NCBI RefSeq assembly: GCF_001194135.2
Contig: NC_068981.1
Coordinates: 9,829,418-9,888,207 of the forward strand
Length of the DNA: 58,790 bases
DNA from: Octopus bimaculoides
Taxonomy: Eukaryota
Direction: 5' to 3'
The translations under genes and the position numbers were made by a program. Positions 11,420 to 24,303 of this stretch are shown piece by piece. Position 1 is the stretch's first letter. Every line of letters starts with the position of its first letter. The notes under the pieces are model-generated. The model made no database searches. It was not told the origin of the DNA and was given only the letters and a program-made list of their open reading frames with translations.

Positions 11420-11608
11420 CCACAGGGGAAGAGGGGGCCAGTCGATTAGATCCACCCCAGTACGCAACTGGTACTTAATTTATCGACCCCGAAAGGATGA
11501 AAGACTAAGTCGACCTCAGCGGAATTTGAACTCAGCGGTATTTCGTCTGTCTATACGTTCTAAGTACTTCGCCCGGCGTGCTAACGTTTCGACCAGTTGG
11601 CCGCCTAA
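11420..11608 (-). mobile_element. SINE family B with internal 28-bp inversion
   Basis: Family match on both sides; 11534-11561 is in the opposite orientation to the rest of the copy. Confidence 0.85.
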
Positions 11609-12395
11609 GTAATATTGGCATCATTGTTATCTCTGCCATACAAAACGAACGGCAATAGAAATATCTTTTATGGAGCTAAAAGATTTTGTCACTCTTAGCA
11701 TTCAAAAAACAATGATTCAAGAATCATTCATACTCCTGGAATATCGAATATTCACCATTCCAAATTATAATCTTATTCTAACAATACAAGCTTTCAAAAA
11801 CAAACTCACCATAGATGGCACTTTAATATGATTACACGCACGCACGCACACACACACACACACATTCTGCATATCTCACACTATTATCTTCATACACCAT
11901 CCTATCAGATTACATGCCCCAGTTACAGCACTTCAACACTCTCACAAACACTTCCATTGAAGATTGAATTTTCAATGCACAAAAAATCTTCGTGGTTTTT
12001 CAAATGATGTAAAGAGGGCTAAAATCGCAACTACACACGAACATATCTCATCAAGCCACCTACCATAACACTGTATGACTCATTATCTTTTGCAACATGT
12101 CTCTAACTACGATAAATACCTAGCAAAAGATTCGCCAACTCTCCTCGGTTCATTTAACTATTTTCTTCACGGCACATTTGCCCATCAGGAATACAGCAAA
12201 AACACTTTTACAAAACCGAAGACAAAGCACTATTGAAATACTTGCCAGTTTTTTTCCTTTCCACAATCGTATTATATTTCTCTTTTTATTTCCTTGTATA
12301 ATTGATTGACACTGAATTCTGTTTTAGATTTATGTATTTTTGTCATTGCGTACTTGAGTATGTTTCAGTTGTAACGTGTGTGTGTGTGTATGTTC

Positions 12396-12660
12396 GCAAA
12401 GGTGCATGGCCTAGTGGTTAGGTTATTGCACTCACGATCGCTTGATAATTCGTTCAATTCTCAGACCGGGTGGCGTGTTGTGTTCTTGAGCAAGACAGTT
12501 CATTTCACGTTGTTCCAGTCCATTCAACTATAATTAGGTGGCGGGAATGTTGGCCTGCTCACCTAGCCAGCAAGGTGACATCATTCGAAACCTACTAGAA
12601 TGTGAAGTGTATTGTGACCAGCGAAGTATAACAACATCCAATAGTGTGGTCGATACTGTC
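12396..12660 (+). mobile_element. SINE family D (tRNA head plus GTGTTGTG..TTGAGCAAGACA segment)
   Basis: GGTGCATGGCCTAGTGGTTAGG A-box, GTTCAATTC B-box; related fragments near 3820-3940 and 6490-6600. Confidence 0.65.
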
Positions 12661-13414
12661 ATACACATATACATACATATACATACATTATATATATATA
12701 TATATATATATATNNNNNNNNNNNNNNNNNNNNNNNNNNNNNNNNNNNNNNNNNNNNNNNNNNNNNNNNNNNNNNNNNNNNNNNNNNNNNNNNNNNNNNN
12801 NNNNNNNNNNNNNNNNNNNNNNNNNNNNNNNNNNNNNNNNNNNNNNNNNNNNNNNNNNNNNNNNNNNNNNNNNNNNNNNNNNNNNNNNNNNNNNNNNNNN
12901 NNNNNNNNNNNNNNNNNNNNNNNNNNNNNNNNNNNNNNNNNNNNNNNNNNNNNNNNNNNNNNNNNNNNNNNNNNNNNNNNNNNNNNNNNNNNNNNNNNNN
13001 NNNNNNNNNNNNNNNNNNNNNNNNNNNNNNNNNNNNNNNNNNNNNNNNNNNNNNNNNNNNNNNNNNNNNNNNNNNNNNNNNNNNNNNNNNNNNNNNNNNN
13101 NNNNNNNNNNNNNNNNNNNNNNNNNNNNNNNNNNNNNNNNNNNNNNNNNNNNNNNNNNNNNNNNNNNNNNNNNNNNNNNNNNNNNNNNNNNNNNNNNNNN
13201 NNNNNNNNNNNNNNNNNNNNNNNNNNNNNNNNNNNNNNNNNNNNNNNNNNNNNNNNNNNNNNNNNNNNNNNNNNNNNNNNNNNNNNNNNNNNNNNNNNNN
13301 NNNNNNNNNNNNNNNNNNNNNNNNNNNNNNNNNNNNNNNNNNNNNNNNNNNNNNNNNNNNNNNNNNNNNNNNNNNNNTCTTATATGTATATATATATATA
13401 TATATATAAAATAA

Positions 13415-13727
13415 GGGTAAAGAACTCCTCCGATCATAAAGACCATGGGATTGCACCTAGAAAGTTCCTCTTCGAAGCAGAAGTCTGGGCAACGTTGTTT
13501 ATGCAAGACCAGCTGTTGTCCATGCATACCAGTCTCCCTCAGCCACGCCATCGATGTTAACCAAGGGATAAGGCAAAGGTCGATACAGTTTGGCACTAGT
13601 GATGTTACAACAACTGAGTGAACTAGAGCAAGGTAAAATAAAATGTCTTGCTTACAGCCCGGTCCATGAATCGAACTCAGTCCTTCATGATTGTGAGCCC
13701 GACATTCTAACCACCGAGCCATGTGCC
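13415..13727 (-). mobile_element. SINE family D-related copy with a different tail
   Basis: Minus strand GGCACATGGCTCGGTGGTTAG..GAGTTCGATTC..AGCAAGACA. Confidence 0.7.
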
Positions 13728-13780
13728 ATCACTAGACTTAACTACTTATAAATAATATATACATATACATATGTATATAT

Positions 13781-13961
13781 AAAATACAGTGTACATTTAA
13801 ACACATAAGATGAATCCACTTATGAGGTTCCCCACGCTAGAAAGAACAGCTAGGTTCCAAAACTACAAATTAGGGATAAAATCCCGAAATTTGTGGTTTT
13901 AGAACCTAGCTGTTCTTTCTAGCGTGGGAAGTTCCATAAGTTTAAATGTACACTGCATTTT
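13781..13961. mobile_element. MITE-like fold-back element (Tc1/mariner-type ends)
   Basis: Near-perfect ~180-bp palindrome with TA-CAGTG ... CACTG-CA ends and apex GGGAT-AAA-ATCCC. Confidence 0.75.
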
Positions 13962-14048
13962 ATGAGTAATACATAGTCTTTGGACTAAATTTTTACACGC
14001 TAGGCCACTATAAGTGAACATTTCTATTAATTTCCATTTCCCTTAGAC

Positions 14049-14094
<46 letters not shown>

Positions 14095-15510
14095 TGGTAA
14101 ATGAAAGACGGAGGATGGAATATAGGAGCATTTTTATTAATCACGACAAAATATATACAGAAAGATTGCTCAACACCTCATTGGTGGATAGATATTATTT
14201 GTGGGTTAACCAGGCTACAATTGGTTTCATGTTAAGGGATAACTCTTAACAGTTCTCAAGCGCCTATCATATGGGAAGTTGGTGTTCGTCTCCCTCCATA
14301 TGTATGTATATGTATATGTACAGGTACGCACACACATGTAAAAGTTTACGTAACTGAAAATGATCATGTTCCTCTCAATAATTTAGTAAGCATTATTGGA
14401 AACCTTATGTATATATATATATAATGTGTGTGTATATGTATACACATATATGCATGCGTACATATCCATAGATACATATGGATATTCATATTGCATCTTA
14501 AGAAATATATTATATAGTGTGTGTGTATAGATATATATAGACAGATATATAGAAGCAAATGAAGTCTCTACTACATTGTATTGTGTTTTGTTTTAGCTTC
14601 TAAATATATTTTAATGCTCTTAGTAACAAGGAGAAAGTAACGCTGTATATTTTTGTTTCTTTCTAAAGAAATAAATATAAAAAACGACTGTACTACTTTC
14701 CTCACGTACTTAATAATATCTATGTGCGTGTTATCACCAATTTTACATTCGACTATGTGAGAAACACTAACAAAGCCAAAAGAAAACAATTCCTTGTCAA
14801 TTACAATAAAGTAAAAAAAAATGCTTACTCTTATAAAGCTTTTTAGTTATTTTCCATTACCTACATCTAATGTGTTTTTCATCAATAACACTGAACACTT
14901 GATAAATACGGATTAAAATACTTCCTTGTATCCAACTTTCCACGCACACCTACACGTACAGATACCAAAAGTAAATGGATCTCTGTCGCTTTCGGCGATG
15001 CGTATTCCAGTTTTTCAATTAACTGAATTGCCAAATTATTGAATTAGTTTGTTAATGGTGAAGTATTTCCCAAATGCGTATGCTATCAATATATTTTTCT
15101 GGAAGAATCAGCGTGACATATTGTGTGACCTGAATCAGTGTGTAAAATAGTTGAGTAAATTTTTTTTTAACTCATAATCATTTTGTCTAGCTGAAGCTAT
15201 AACAAAAGGTGCACAGTGTTATCGAACCAAGGACATCATGATGAAGTTGCGAGTTTCTTAGCTCTTCAGCTATACCTGCATCCTTACGCAGTTGTTTCAA
15301 ATTTCGGAATGAGGTCAGCAATTTTATTGGGGATCGCATCGATCACAGTGCTCCACTGGTAAATGCTTTATCAACCCAAATAATCAAAAGCAGAGGAGAC
15401 CTCAATAGAATTTTAACTCAAGACGCCGTACATAACGCGTTCATGTATGATGAAGAATTCTCTTATCGACTTTGACATATGAGCGCTCAGTCATTCTATC
15501 ACATAGACAA

Positions 15511-15785
15511 ACTACTCATTAGATTAGCGTGCAAAGTAGCTCCATATTCTACAGACATGTGTGTCCGTTACGTACCCCGTCAGAAGAATCAAAGTAACAC
15601 AGATTTGACATGCCTGGGCATTTAAATTGCTGGTACAGCCTGTCTGACAGGATTCCTCACAATTTCCATCTACCTCTATTCCCTGACAAAGCTTTGATTG
15701 TGTCATAGTTATCATAAATACACTAGCCCATGATACCAGACAGTAGGATCGAACCCGGCATTTCATAATTGTGAAGTGAAATGCT
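15511..15785 (-). mobile_element. Chimeric old SINE: family-A-like head/core plus family-E-like 3' domain
   Basis: TAGCGTGCAAAGTAGC..ACAGACATGTG aligns to 23990-24040; TTTCCATCTACC..CAAAGCTTTG aligns to family A. Confidence 0.5.
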
Positions 15786-15973
15786 TTCGTCCATATATAT
15801 ATATATATGTATGTGTATGGGGGTATATATATATGTGTGTGTGTATGTGTGTGGGGGTATATATATATATATATATATATAGACAGGCGGACAGATAGAT
15901 AGATATAAAACCGTTCCTACATACATACGTGCATATACGGATAAAGACATATATGCACGCACATCACTACATG

Positions 15974-16011
<38 letters not shown>

Positions 16012-16229
16012 AGTGCGTACGTGCGTGTGCTTGTTAGTGCGTGTTTAAGTTAATCAAAGGAAAATGGAAGTCACTCACTATATTTCGTTTCAATAAGCTA
16101 TTTAGAATCTACATGTGGTAAGTTTTTTGTTGATTACTGTTTTCAAGGTTTTTTAGAAACAGGACCTCAAATACACACACACACATACATATTAACATAT
16201 TATTAACATATATGAAAAAAATTATTATT

Positions 16230-16642
16230 AGGCGCAGGAGTGGTAAGGTAAGCAGCTTGCTTACCAACCACATGGTTCCGAGTTCAGTTCCATTGCGGGG
16301 CATATTGGGCAAGTCTTCTACTATAGCCTCGGGCCAACCAAAACCTTGTGAGTGGATTTGGTAGACGGAAACTGAAAGAAGCATGTTGTATATATTTACA
16401 TATTTATATATATGTATGTGTGTATATGTGCATGTGTGTTTGCGTCTGTGTTTGTCTCCCCAGTATCGCTGGACGACCGATGCTGGTGTGTTTACGTCTC
16501 TATAACTTAGCGGTTCGGCAAAAGTGACCCGATAGAATAAGTATTAGGCTTACAACGAATACATTCTGGGCTGGATTTGCTCGACTTAAGGCGGTGCTCC
16601 AGCATGGCCCCAGTCAAATGACTGAAACAATGAAAATAAAAT
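16230..16642 (+). mobile_element. SINE family A, full length
   Basis: GGCGCAGGAGTGG head, GAGTTCAGTTCC, GCCTCGGGCCAACCAAAACCTTGTGAGTGGATTTGGTAGACGGAAACTG, tail to GAAACAA. Confidence 0.9.
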
Positions 16643-16649
16643 ACATGCT

Positions 16650-16671
16650 TATTATATATATATATATATAA

Positions 16672-16726
<55 letters not shown>

Positions 16727-16781
16727 TATGTATGTATATATACAATGTATGTGTTTGTATATATACATATACATACAATGC

Positions 16782-16871
<90 letters not shown>

Positions 16872-16910
16872 ATATATATATATACATACACACACATATA
16901 TACTCCCATA
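16650..16910. repeat. (TA)n/(TG)n/(TATG)n compound microsatellite
   Basis: Directly visible. Confidence 0.95.
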
Positions 16911-17354
16911 ACTCTAAGTATTCGTGTGTGTGCGTGTGTGCGTCTGCGTCTGTGTGTACGTGTACGTGCTTCTGTTCAACTAAAGGCCAGGTAGTATTTG
17001 AGAGCCTTTCCAGTATTGCAACAAACAAAGGAGAACAAAACTAATGGTGTTGTTGTGTTGTTATGAATTACTTGAATATTTCCGTCTTTATTCTTTTATT
17101 ATTCTCCACTACAGAAAATATTGATTATAACTGCTTCATATTGTAAACTGTCTTCTGCACTTTAACACGCTTCTGATGCACTCTAACACTCAGTTATATT
17201 TTAATTTATATTGCAACTTATTGTTGTATGCCTTAGTGATATTTGTTGCACAATTCAGTTAAATGTTGATAGGTTGAGAAGGAGAGAAAGAAAGAAGGAG
17301 TGAGAGCGCATGTGGAGAAAGTTGGAAGGTAAGAAATGGAGGAAAGCGGGAATT

Positions 17355-17677
17355 ATATATATATACTATGCATATGCATGCATGCATGTATGTATGTATG
17401 TATGTATGTATGTATGTATGTATGTATGTATGTATGTACGTATGTGTATGTATATGTATGTATGTATTTATATACGTATCGATACATATGCTTATATATA
17501 TGTATATATATACATATGCATATATATATATATATATATATGAATGTATATATATATATATGTATGTATATATATATATGTATGTATATATGTATGTATA
17601 TATGTATATGTATGTATATATATATATGTATGTATATATGTATATGCATGTGTGTGAATATATATATATATATATAA

Positions 17678-17709
<32 letters not shown>

Positions 17710-18100
17710 GCATATACATATAAATATATGTATATATATATGTATGTATATATATATGTATATATATATAAATGTATGTATATATAAATGTATATGTATA
17801 TATGTATGTATGTATGTATATATGTATGTATGTATATATACATCTGTATGTATATATATGTTGATATATATATATCTGTATGTATATATCTGTAAGTATA
17901 TGTGTATATACATGTGTGTATATATATGTATATATGTTCATATATATTTATATATATGTGTGTATATATAAATATATATATGTGCATATATATGTATATG
18001 TATGTTTATATATATGTGCATATATATGTATGTTTATATATATGTGCATATATATGTATGTATGCATGCATGTATGTATATATATGCATATGTGTATGTG
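17355..18100. repeat. ~750-bp degenerate (TA)/(TATG) low-complexity tract
   Basis: Almost uninterrupted purine-pyrimidine alternation; source of several spurious YIYI ORFs. Confidence 0.95.
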
Positions 18101-18349
18101 CAGATGAATGTAAGATGAAAATGCCAAAAGAGCTTGGAGTAGGAAAGAAAGGAGAAGATATATATTAGCAACTGAAATAAGAAAAATCTCAATAAATGAG
18201 AATAATAAAAATGACTGTAGGGTTTATATTTTTGACCAATTTTACATAAAAATCTGCAGCGAATGAGATTTTATAAGAATTTGTTTGCAAACAATTGAGC
18301 ATAGGCATTAAAAAATTGTAGTAAGTGCTTTCGTTTTCAACATTAATCT

Positions 18350-18480
18350 AGAGCTGAAAAATCGTCAGCACGCTGACAACAGCTTAACAGCACTTCAACG
18401 GTCTTTACATTCGGAGTTCAAATTCTACCGAGGCCGACTTTTCCTTTCATCCTTTGGTCTTGTGCCAAAAATTTGAAACC
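18350..18480 (+). mobile_element. SINE family B, internally deleted
   Basis: GAGTTCAAATTC..GACTTTTCCTTTCATCC joined directly to tail CTTGTGCCAAAATTTGAAACC. Confidence 0.75.
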
Positions 18481-19364
18481 GACATTAAACTATGTTTGGC
18501 CAGTTGATATAGTCAGCAGAGCAATGGAAAATAATGATTGTGTATGTTTTTTCTATTCAAATTTTGAATGTCGATAATTTCGACTGAATCATCTGAGTTC
18601 AAATCCCTCTGAGATCAACCTTGTGTTTTATCGTTTTCTGGTCTGTAAAATATTCTATCTGTGAAGTGCTTGTGTAGGTTTATTTTCTTATAATGCAACC
18701 AAACCAAGATGTGGATGGAATTTTAGTAAAAGTCTATTATACTCCTCATTAAATATGTGTCACGTTATGCCCATAATAAAAATCAATGCTAACATTAGAT
18801 AAATACTGGTATTGCGATGTAGTTCCATATATTATCTACAAATTAGAATAGAAGCGTATAGAATTAGGCATTATGCACAATCAATAATGTTTGTTGCAAT
18901 ACATTATATTTAGCATTCTTACTTAGACACAGCATTAATTATTGAGACAATAAAAGATTGTCTAAAATCAACTGTAATTACAATAATAACGTTACCTCGA
19001 GGGTAATGAAATGAGAAGAAAAATATAATTGTGAAAAAAAAAAATTAATGATAGGGAGAACCTACTCATTGAATTAATGTGCAAAGTGGATGAGTATTTC
19101 ACAGCCTCGTGTACCTTTAGTGTTATTATCAGGTAAAATCAGTGTCATACAAATGGTACAGAACTATGTCTTTGAGTAACCGGTGGAGACGATTAGACTC
19201 GATTTTACAGATTCAGTCAGCTCAAATTCACTTACATTGTTTCGGTGGACCTGAAATTATGAGAGCTTAACCCATCTCTAACCTGACAGCAACTTAAGAG
19301 AAATAAAATTCACAAAATAATTCCTCGTGTAGTGAGATGTTAATTTTAATATTTTAGCTTAAAA

Positions 19365-19580
19365 AAAAGGTGGTGAATTGGAAGAAACGTTACCGCGCTG
19401 GGAAAAATGCTTAGCGGCATTTCGTCTGTGTTCTTGTTTTGAGTTCAAATGCCGTTGAGGTCGACTTTGCCTTTCATTCTCTCGGTATCGATAAAATAAG
19501 TACCAGTTCAGTACTGGGATCCATGTAATCGATTTACTCTTCCGAAATTGCTGGCCTTGTGCCAAAATTTGAAACCAATA
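19365..19580 (+). mobile_element. SINE family B
   Basis: Full family match ending GGCCTTGTGCCAAAATTTGAAACC. Confidence 0.85.
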
Positions 19581-20879
19581 TTTTAAGTACGAAATTATAT
19601 TTTCAATAAAATCACTAAAATAACTTTACAGTTCAGTACTTTTGGTTTATCTTCAACGATTTGGCAATAATAGAATTACAATGAGCCAAGTTTGTAACAA
19701 GATGCGTTACATTATAAAACTGTACAGATGCATACTATTCAGTATCATAGAATCTCACTACAGTGTGTTAATTAATATATTTATCACTCAAAGTAGAATA
19801 GACTTTGCTGAACACCAAGCTGTAGCGACTATTATACTTTCGAGACGTATATCCTTACATTAAGAGAGACAAAGCACTTAAATACATTGATGTTATTGGT
19901 ATAGAACCACAATGGGAAACCGAGGACCAATTAATGCTAATGAACAATTGTGATTGTTTGCACATCCTGATGAAAGGCATTCCAGATGGTGTTTGAAGAG
20001 CCTTCTTCATTGTTCATATTTCAGCTCCTAAAGACGGAATTCCCTCTGCACATGACCTGACGAAGGCCAGCCTCGTTAACTTTGAAATATTCTGTTTGTC
20101 ACGTATTTTGAAGTTAGAGACTGACACGCCAGGCATTCCAAGGACCAGGAGTATTTGTAACAGGTTGCTATACAATGTGTATATTTATATGAAGTAAATA
20201 ACATAGTCAAGTGGTTAATATTTTCGCTTCACAACCATGAGGACCTAGGTTCGATCTCACTGTGAGGCATTTCGAACATGGGTTATTTAAAAACACAAGC
20301 CTTCTGAATTAAGGTAGATAAATTGTGGAGACAGAAACTGTATAGAAGGCTGTAGGATAGTTAGTACCAGTGATTCAATGGCACAACCTTATCACATACT
20401 GTGTCACAGTTTGCCTCAAAATAGGTTTATGGTTGCAGTGACTATGGATTACCCTAATACGTATAGGCTAATTCATTGTTTAGTTAATTCAGTTAGTTTA
20501 GCGATTGAATATTATCATAAGTCCAAAGCGACGGAGATCTTTTCGCTCATAGCGGGGAAGGATATAGTGTATCAGAATGTTGTTAAATAGTAACTTCACC
20601 GACTAGATATAGTGTGCGTATACAAATGTAAGAAGTAAAGATTAACCATTTTAATGATCGGGTAAAATATGAAGAATATATAAGAATGCGTGTATAATGC
20701 TTCAGTAACGAATTAAATAGCCATTTTAAGGATTGCATAAAATGTGTATGTATGTATGTATGTATGTATGTATGTATGAAGTGAGTACAGTAATGAGATA
20801 GTATTTTGGTGACTGTATAAAATATGTGTACATGTATATATGAAGTAGGTGTATTGTGCAGCATTAAGGTGCAGGGAAA

Positions 20880-21584
20880 TTACACCCCCAAACTCTCTGA
20901 AAACCTTCCTAAATGACAGTTTTCAACATCATTGATCTTTTCATCAAACTTTTGGTCTCTCATCAGCTCCCTAATCTGTGGCCCAACAAAAATACCTTCC
21001 TTGGTTTTTGCGTCACTTACTCTTAGAAAGGGGCCCATTTTATCCTGGTCACCCACTTTGCAGTCAAAATAATGCTCACAGCACTTTTTAATCAATGGAG
21101 TAAAACGACGTATCTGTGACTTGAATATTAAGTCACCGTAAATATAGTAAAAGTTGTTTACGACGTTTATAAAGTTTGTTGGTATTATGAAGGTGAATGG
21201 AATATGTGAATTTAGTACACAACCGCGCACCCACACATTAAGCACACTACTGAGAAAGCATCGGTGACTCATCGACTCAGTGTTGCCAAGCATTAGTGAC
21301 TCATCGACTCAGTGTTGCCAAGCTTCGGTGACTCAGATTTATGGTTTCACTAGGTTAATTCTATTCATAAACATTTAAATTAGGAGTATTTCTTAAACCG
21401 TTCGCTTCTCATTTCAACAGCTTAACTTAAATTTAGCCCGCGTAACAGGAACTGAGAGGTATATCGTGGAATATAGAAACTGTGGGTTACACAGATAATT
21501 TGACATTATTTTTTAATTCTGCGTGCAAAAAAACATAAGATAGGAGTATTCCTTTTCTTGGAACAAATTCTTTGTTGACCAATA
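20880..21584 (-). mobile_element. Internally deleted DNA transposon, probably Chapaev (CMC) group
   Basis: ORF 20880-21293 has N-terminal FYYIYG..YFDCKVGDQDK fused to C-terminal SDAKTKEGIFVGPQIRELM, motifs I associate with Chapaev3-type transposases; degenerate terminus TTTGTTGACCAATA at 21571-21584. Confidence 0.6.
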
Positions 21585-23917
21585 ATTATTGTAGTGATGT
21601 ATAAATTATGCTTACATACATATAAGAAGTCAGTATATTGAAGAACGGTAAGATGCTGGACGATTACTTCCTTAACTGCACTGGTATTGTGAAAAGGCAC
21701 AATTAAAACACTGGGCTTGACACTTGTTGAACTGTATTATAAACTCTTTAATAAGTTCGGTAAGTTCAATTAGGTAATTATAATTTGTTTTTGCTACATT
21801 GAATATATTAATTTAGTGTTACATGATAATTCACAGATACTATTTTGCTAATCTTGAAATATAATAGTTGAAGTGTAACAGAAATAATTTAATTAGGGAA
21901 TACCTCATTCGAAATTCAATGACAATCGTTCTGCTGTGTTATCTGTAACACAATCTTCTGGCAAACATGATTCGAATATCTTTGTCTTTTACTGTCTCGC
22001 ACGCTTACGTACAGTGTCTCATATAGCTACATTAAGTATTTAATTCATGAGTAATTTCTTACGATGTAGATTTTAATCCTTAACAGTGAAATGCATAAGT
22101 GACTTCAAACAGCTTCGGCTGCGTTAAGAATTTAGTAGTTTAAATATTTTATATGATAGGGGTTATCACCAATATTTTGTTTATGTCAAATATTCGGGTT
22201 ATTCTGGAATGCGAACGACAGTCTGTATTCCCGCTCGAGACTTTTTGGCTATTAACAAAATAAAATCAAAAACGAATGTGCATAGGTAACGTTCTTTTGT
22301 CCATGTGTAGTTTAGTGCTTATATAAGAAATACACACTATGAAACGACTAACAAGAGAGACGCAGAAGACATAGAGTCTTCAATTTAGCATCCCCTTCTC
22401 TATGAAACCTGTTGTATGACAAGGGACATAGTGCATTTTAAAGTTATGTCAATGTTTTTGATACACCTGTAGTAATTCCGGGTTGACATGGGAGTTAATT
22501 TTATTATGAGCTAATTTTGAACTTCAGTTCAGAATAAAGTTAATTAAAAATGAATCATATACAAGAACTAAAAGTTAATTCATTAGACAGGAATGGAATT
22601 GGCATTTTCCTTAAATTATTAGCAAAAGATTTAGAAATTAGAAACGCAATGGGAAGTACTATTGATCATTTATCTATTTGTTTTATTTGTGGCTGGTTTT
22701 GTGTTTAATAAATTTAGAAAGAAATTACTAGTCTATCATCTGCAAGTTATGTTGAAGCATCTTCTTAGAAAGTTTTAATTAATTGATAGCTATTTACAAA
22801 TAAATCAGGCAAACAAAATTATCGTGAGGATGAGAAAGTAAATAAAGAGATAAGAGAGGAAAATGTTGCGGTAGATCTTCATACTTAAAAGTTGAAAGAG
22901 CGAAATTGCATAACGATTTTAACAAGATTCCTATCTCGTACAAATGCATAGCAATTTTAATAATTAAGTTCCTTATATCTCACTATATTTCTTCTTCCAC
23001 CCCTTTTCTATCTCTCGTCTCTCTCTCTCCCTCTTCCTACGTATCTTTTGCAACTTTTATTTTTATTTAAAATACATTTCATGTGTTGCTTCTTCAATCT
23101 AATGGAATAACAACTGCCGCGAAAGAAAATTTAAATGACGGTTTCATATTTATATTATGAAATAATTATTGAGATTCTTTCTAGTTGTTAATCCAGCTTT
23201 TATGTTTAGGAATTGCTATTTAAAACTTTATTTGCAACAGTCACTTTAAAAGAAACTCTTTAATTATTGAAAAAGAAAAAAGTATTATGAAATCATTTAC
23301 TTGAATTTGGAATTTCTCTTCCCCTGTCCTTGTTGTTTCCTGAGATGATCGCAAAAACAAAGCACTGTAATCTTTAAAAATTCCTAGTAAATGTCTGGTA
23401 ATCTGATTCAACCAGTTGGTTTCGAGTTGGTCATTAGTTCCCTTCACTTAATTAATATCTTAGAGAACTAAAGGGATGTCACGCATTTAAGAAATCGTAT
23501 TACATACGTGGTATTTTTCAGAAGCTCAGCTTACATAATCTTCTTTCGTCGGAACTGGATTTCATTAAACTAGCGATTAGAATTGACATTATACAATCGT
23601 GTAAGATGTTGATTCAATGTTACATAATCATTGAGTACAGAGAGATCGAGTCGACGACCTCATTTCAATTCCTGCTACATATTTAACTACATTGGCGAAG
23701 TTAATGACAAGAACACCTTCTATTTAACTTCTTGTGAGAAAAGGGTGTTCTTGGAGTTACAATGGTCATTTGCTGACAGACTTCACTCCAGGCGTTTTCT
23801 GGCATCAATAACGATATCTTTAAAAACTGACCGACGTGGTCAGTTTCTTTATAAATTTCTAGCATGAACAATGAGTGTCGTTGAGCTATAGCTCTGTCCT
23901 CAATGTGATTATTAATG

Positions 23918-24303
23918 TGTGTTGGCACTCCGTCGCTTACGACGTCGATGGTTCCAGTTGATCCGATCAACGGAGCAGCCTGCTCGTGAAATTAACGTGC
24001 AAGTGGCTGAGCACTCCACAGACACGTGTACCCTTAACGTAGTTCTCGGGGATATTCAGCGTGATACAGTGTGACAAGGCTGACCCTTTGAATTACAGAC
24101 ACAACAGAAACAGGAAGTAAGAGTGAGAGAAAATTGTGGTGAAAGAAGTACAGCAAGGTTCGCCACCATCCCCTGCCGGAGCCTCGTGGAGCTTTTAGGT
24201 GTTTTCGCTCAATAAACACTCACAACGCCCGGTCTGGGAATCGAAACCGCGATCCTATGACCGCGAGTCCGCTACCCTAACCACTGGGCCATTGCGCCTC
24301 CAC
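23918..24303 (-). mobile_element. SINE family E (tRNA-derived), full length with 10-bp TSD
   Basis: TSD ATTATTAATG at 23908-23917 and 24304-24313; head GTGGAGGCGCAATGGCCCAGTGGTTAGG..GGTTTCGATTCCC. Confidence 0.9.

Noticed and set aside
23702-23759. Small hairpin (CAAGAACACC/GGTGTTCTTG) as a pre-miRNA
   Set aside because: Only a 10-bp perfect stem with a large loop; too short and irregular without small-RNA data.
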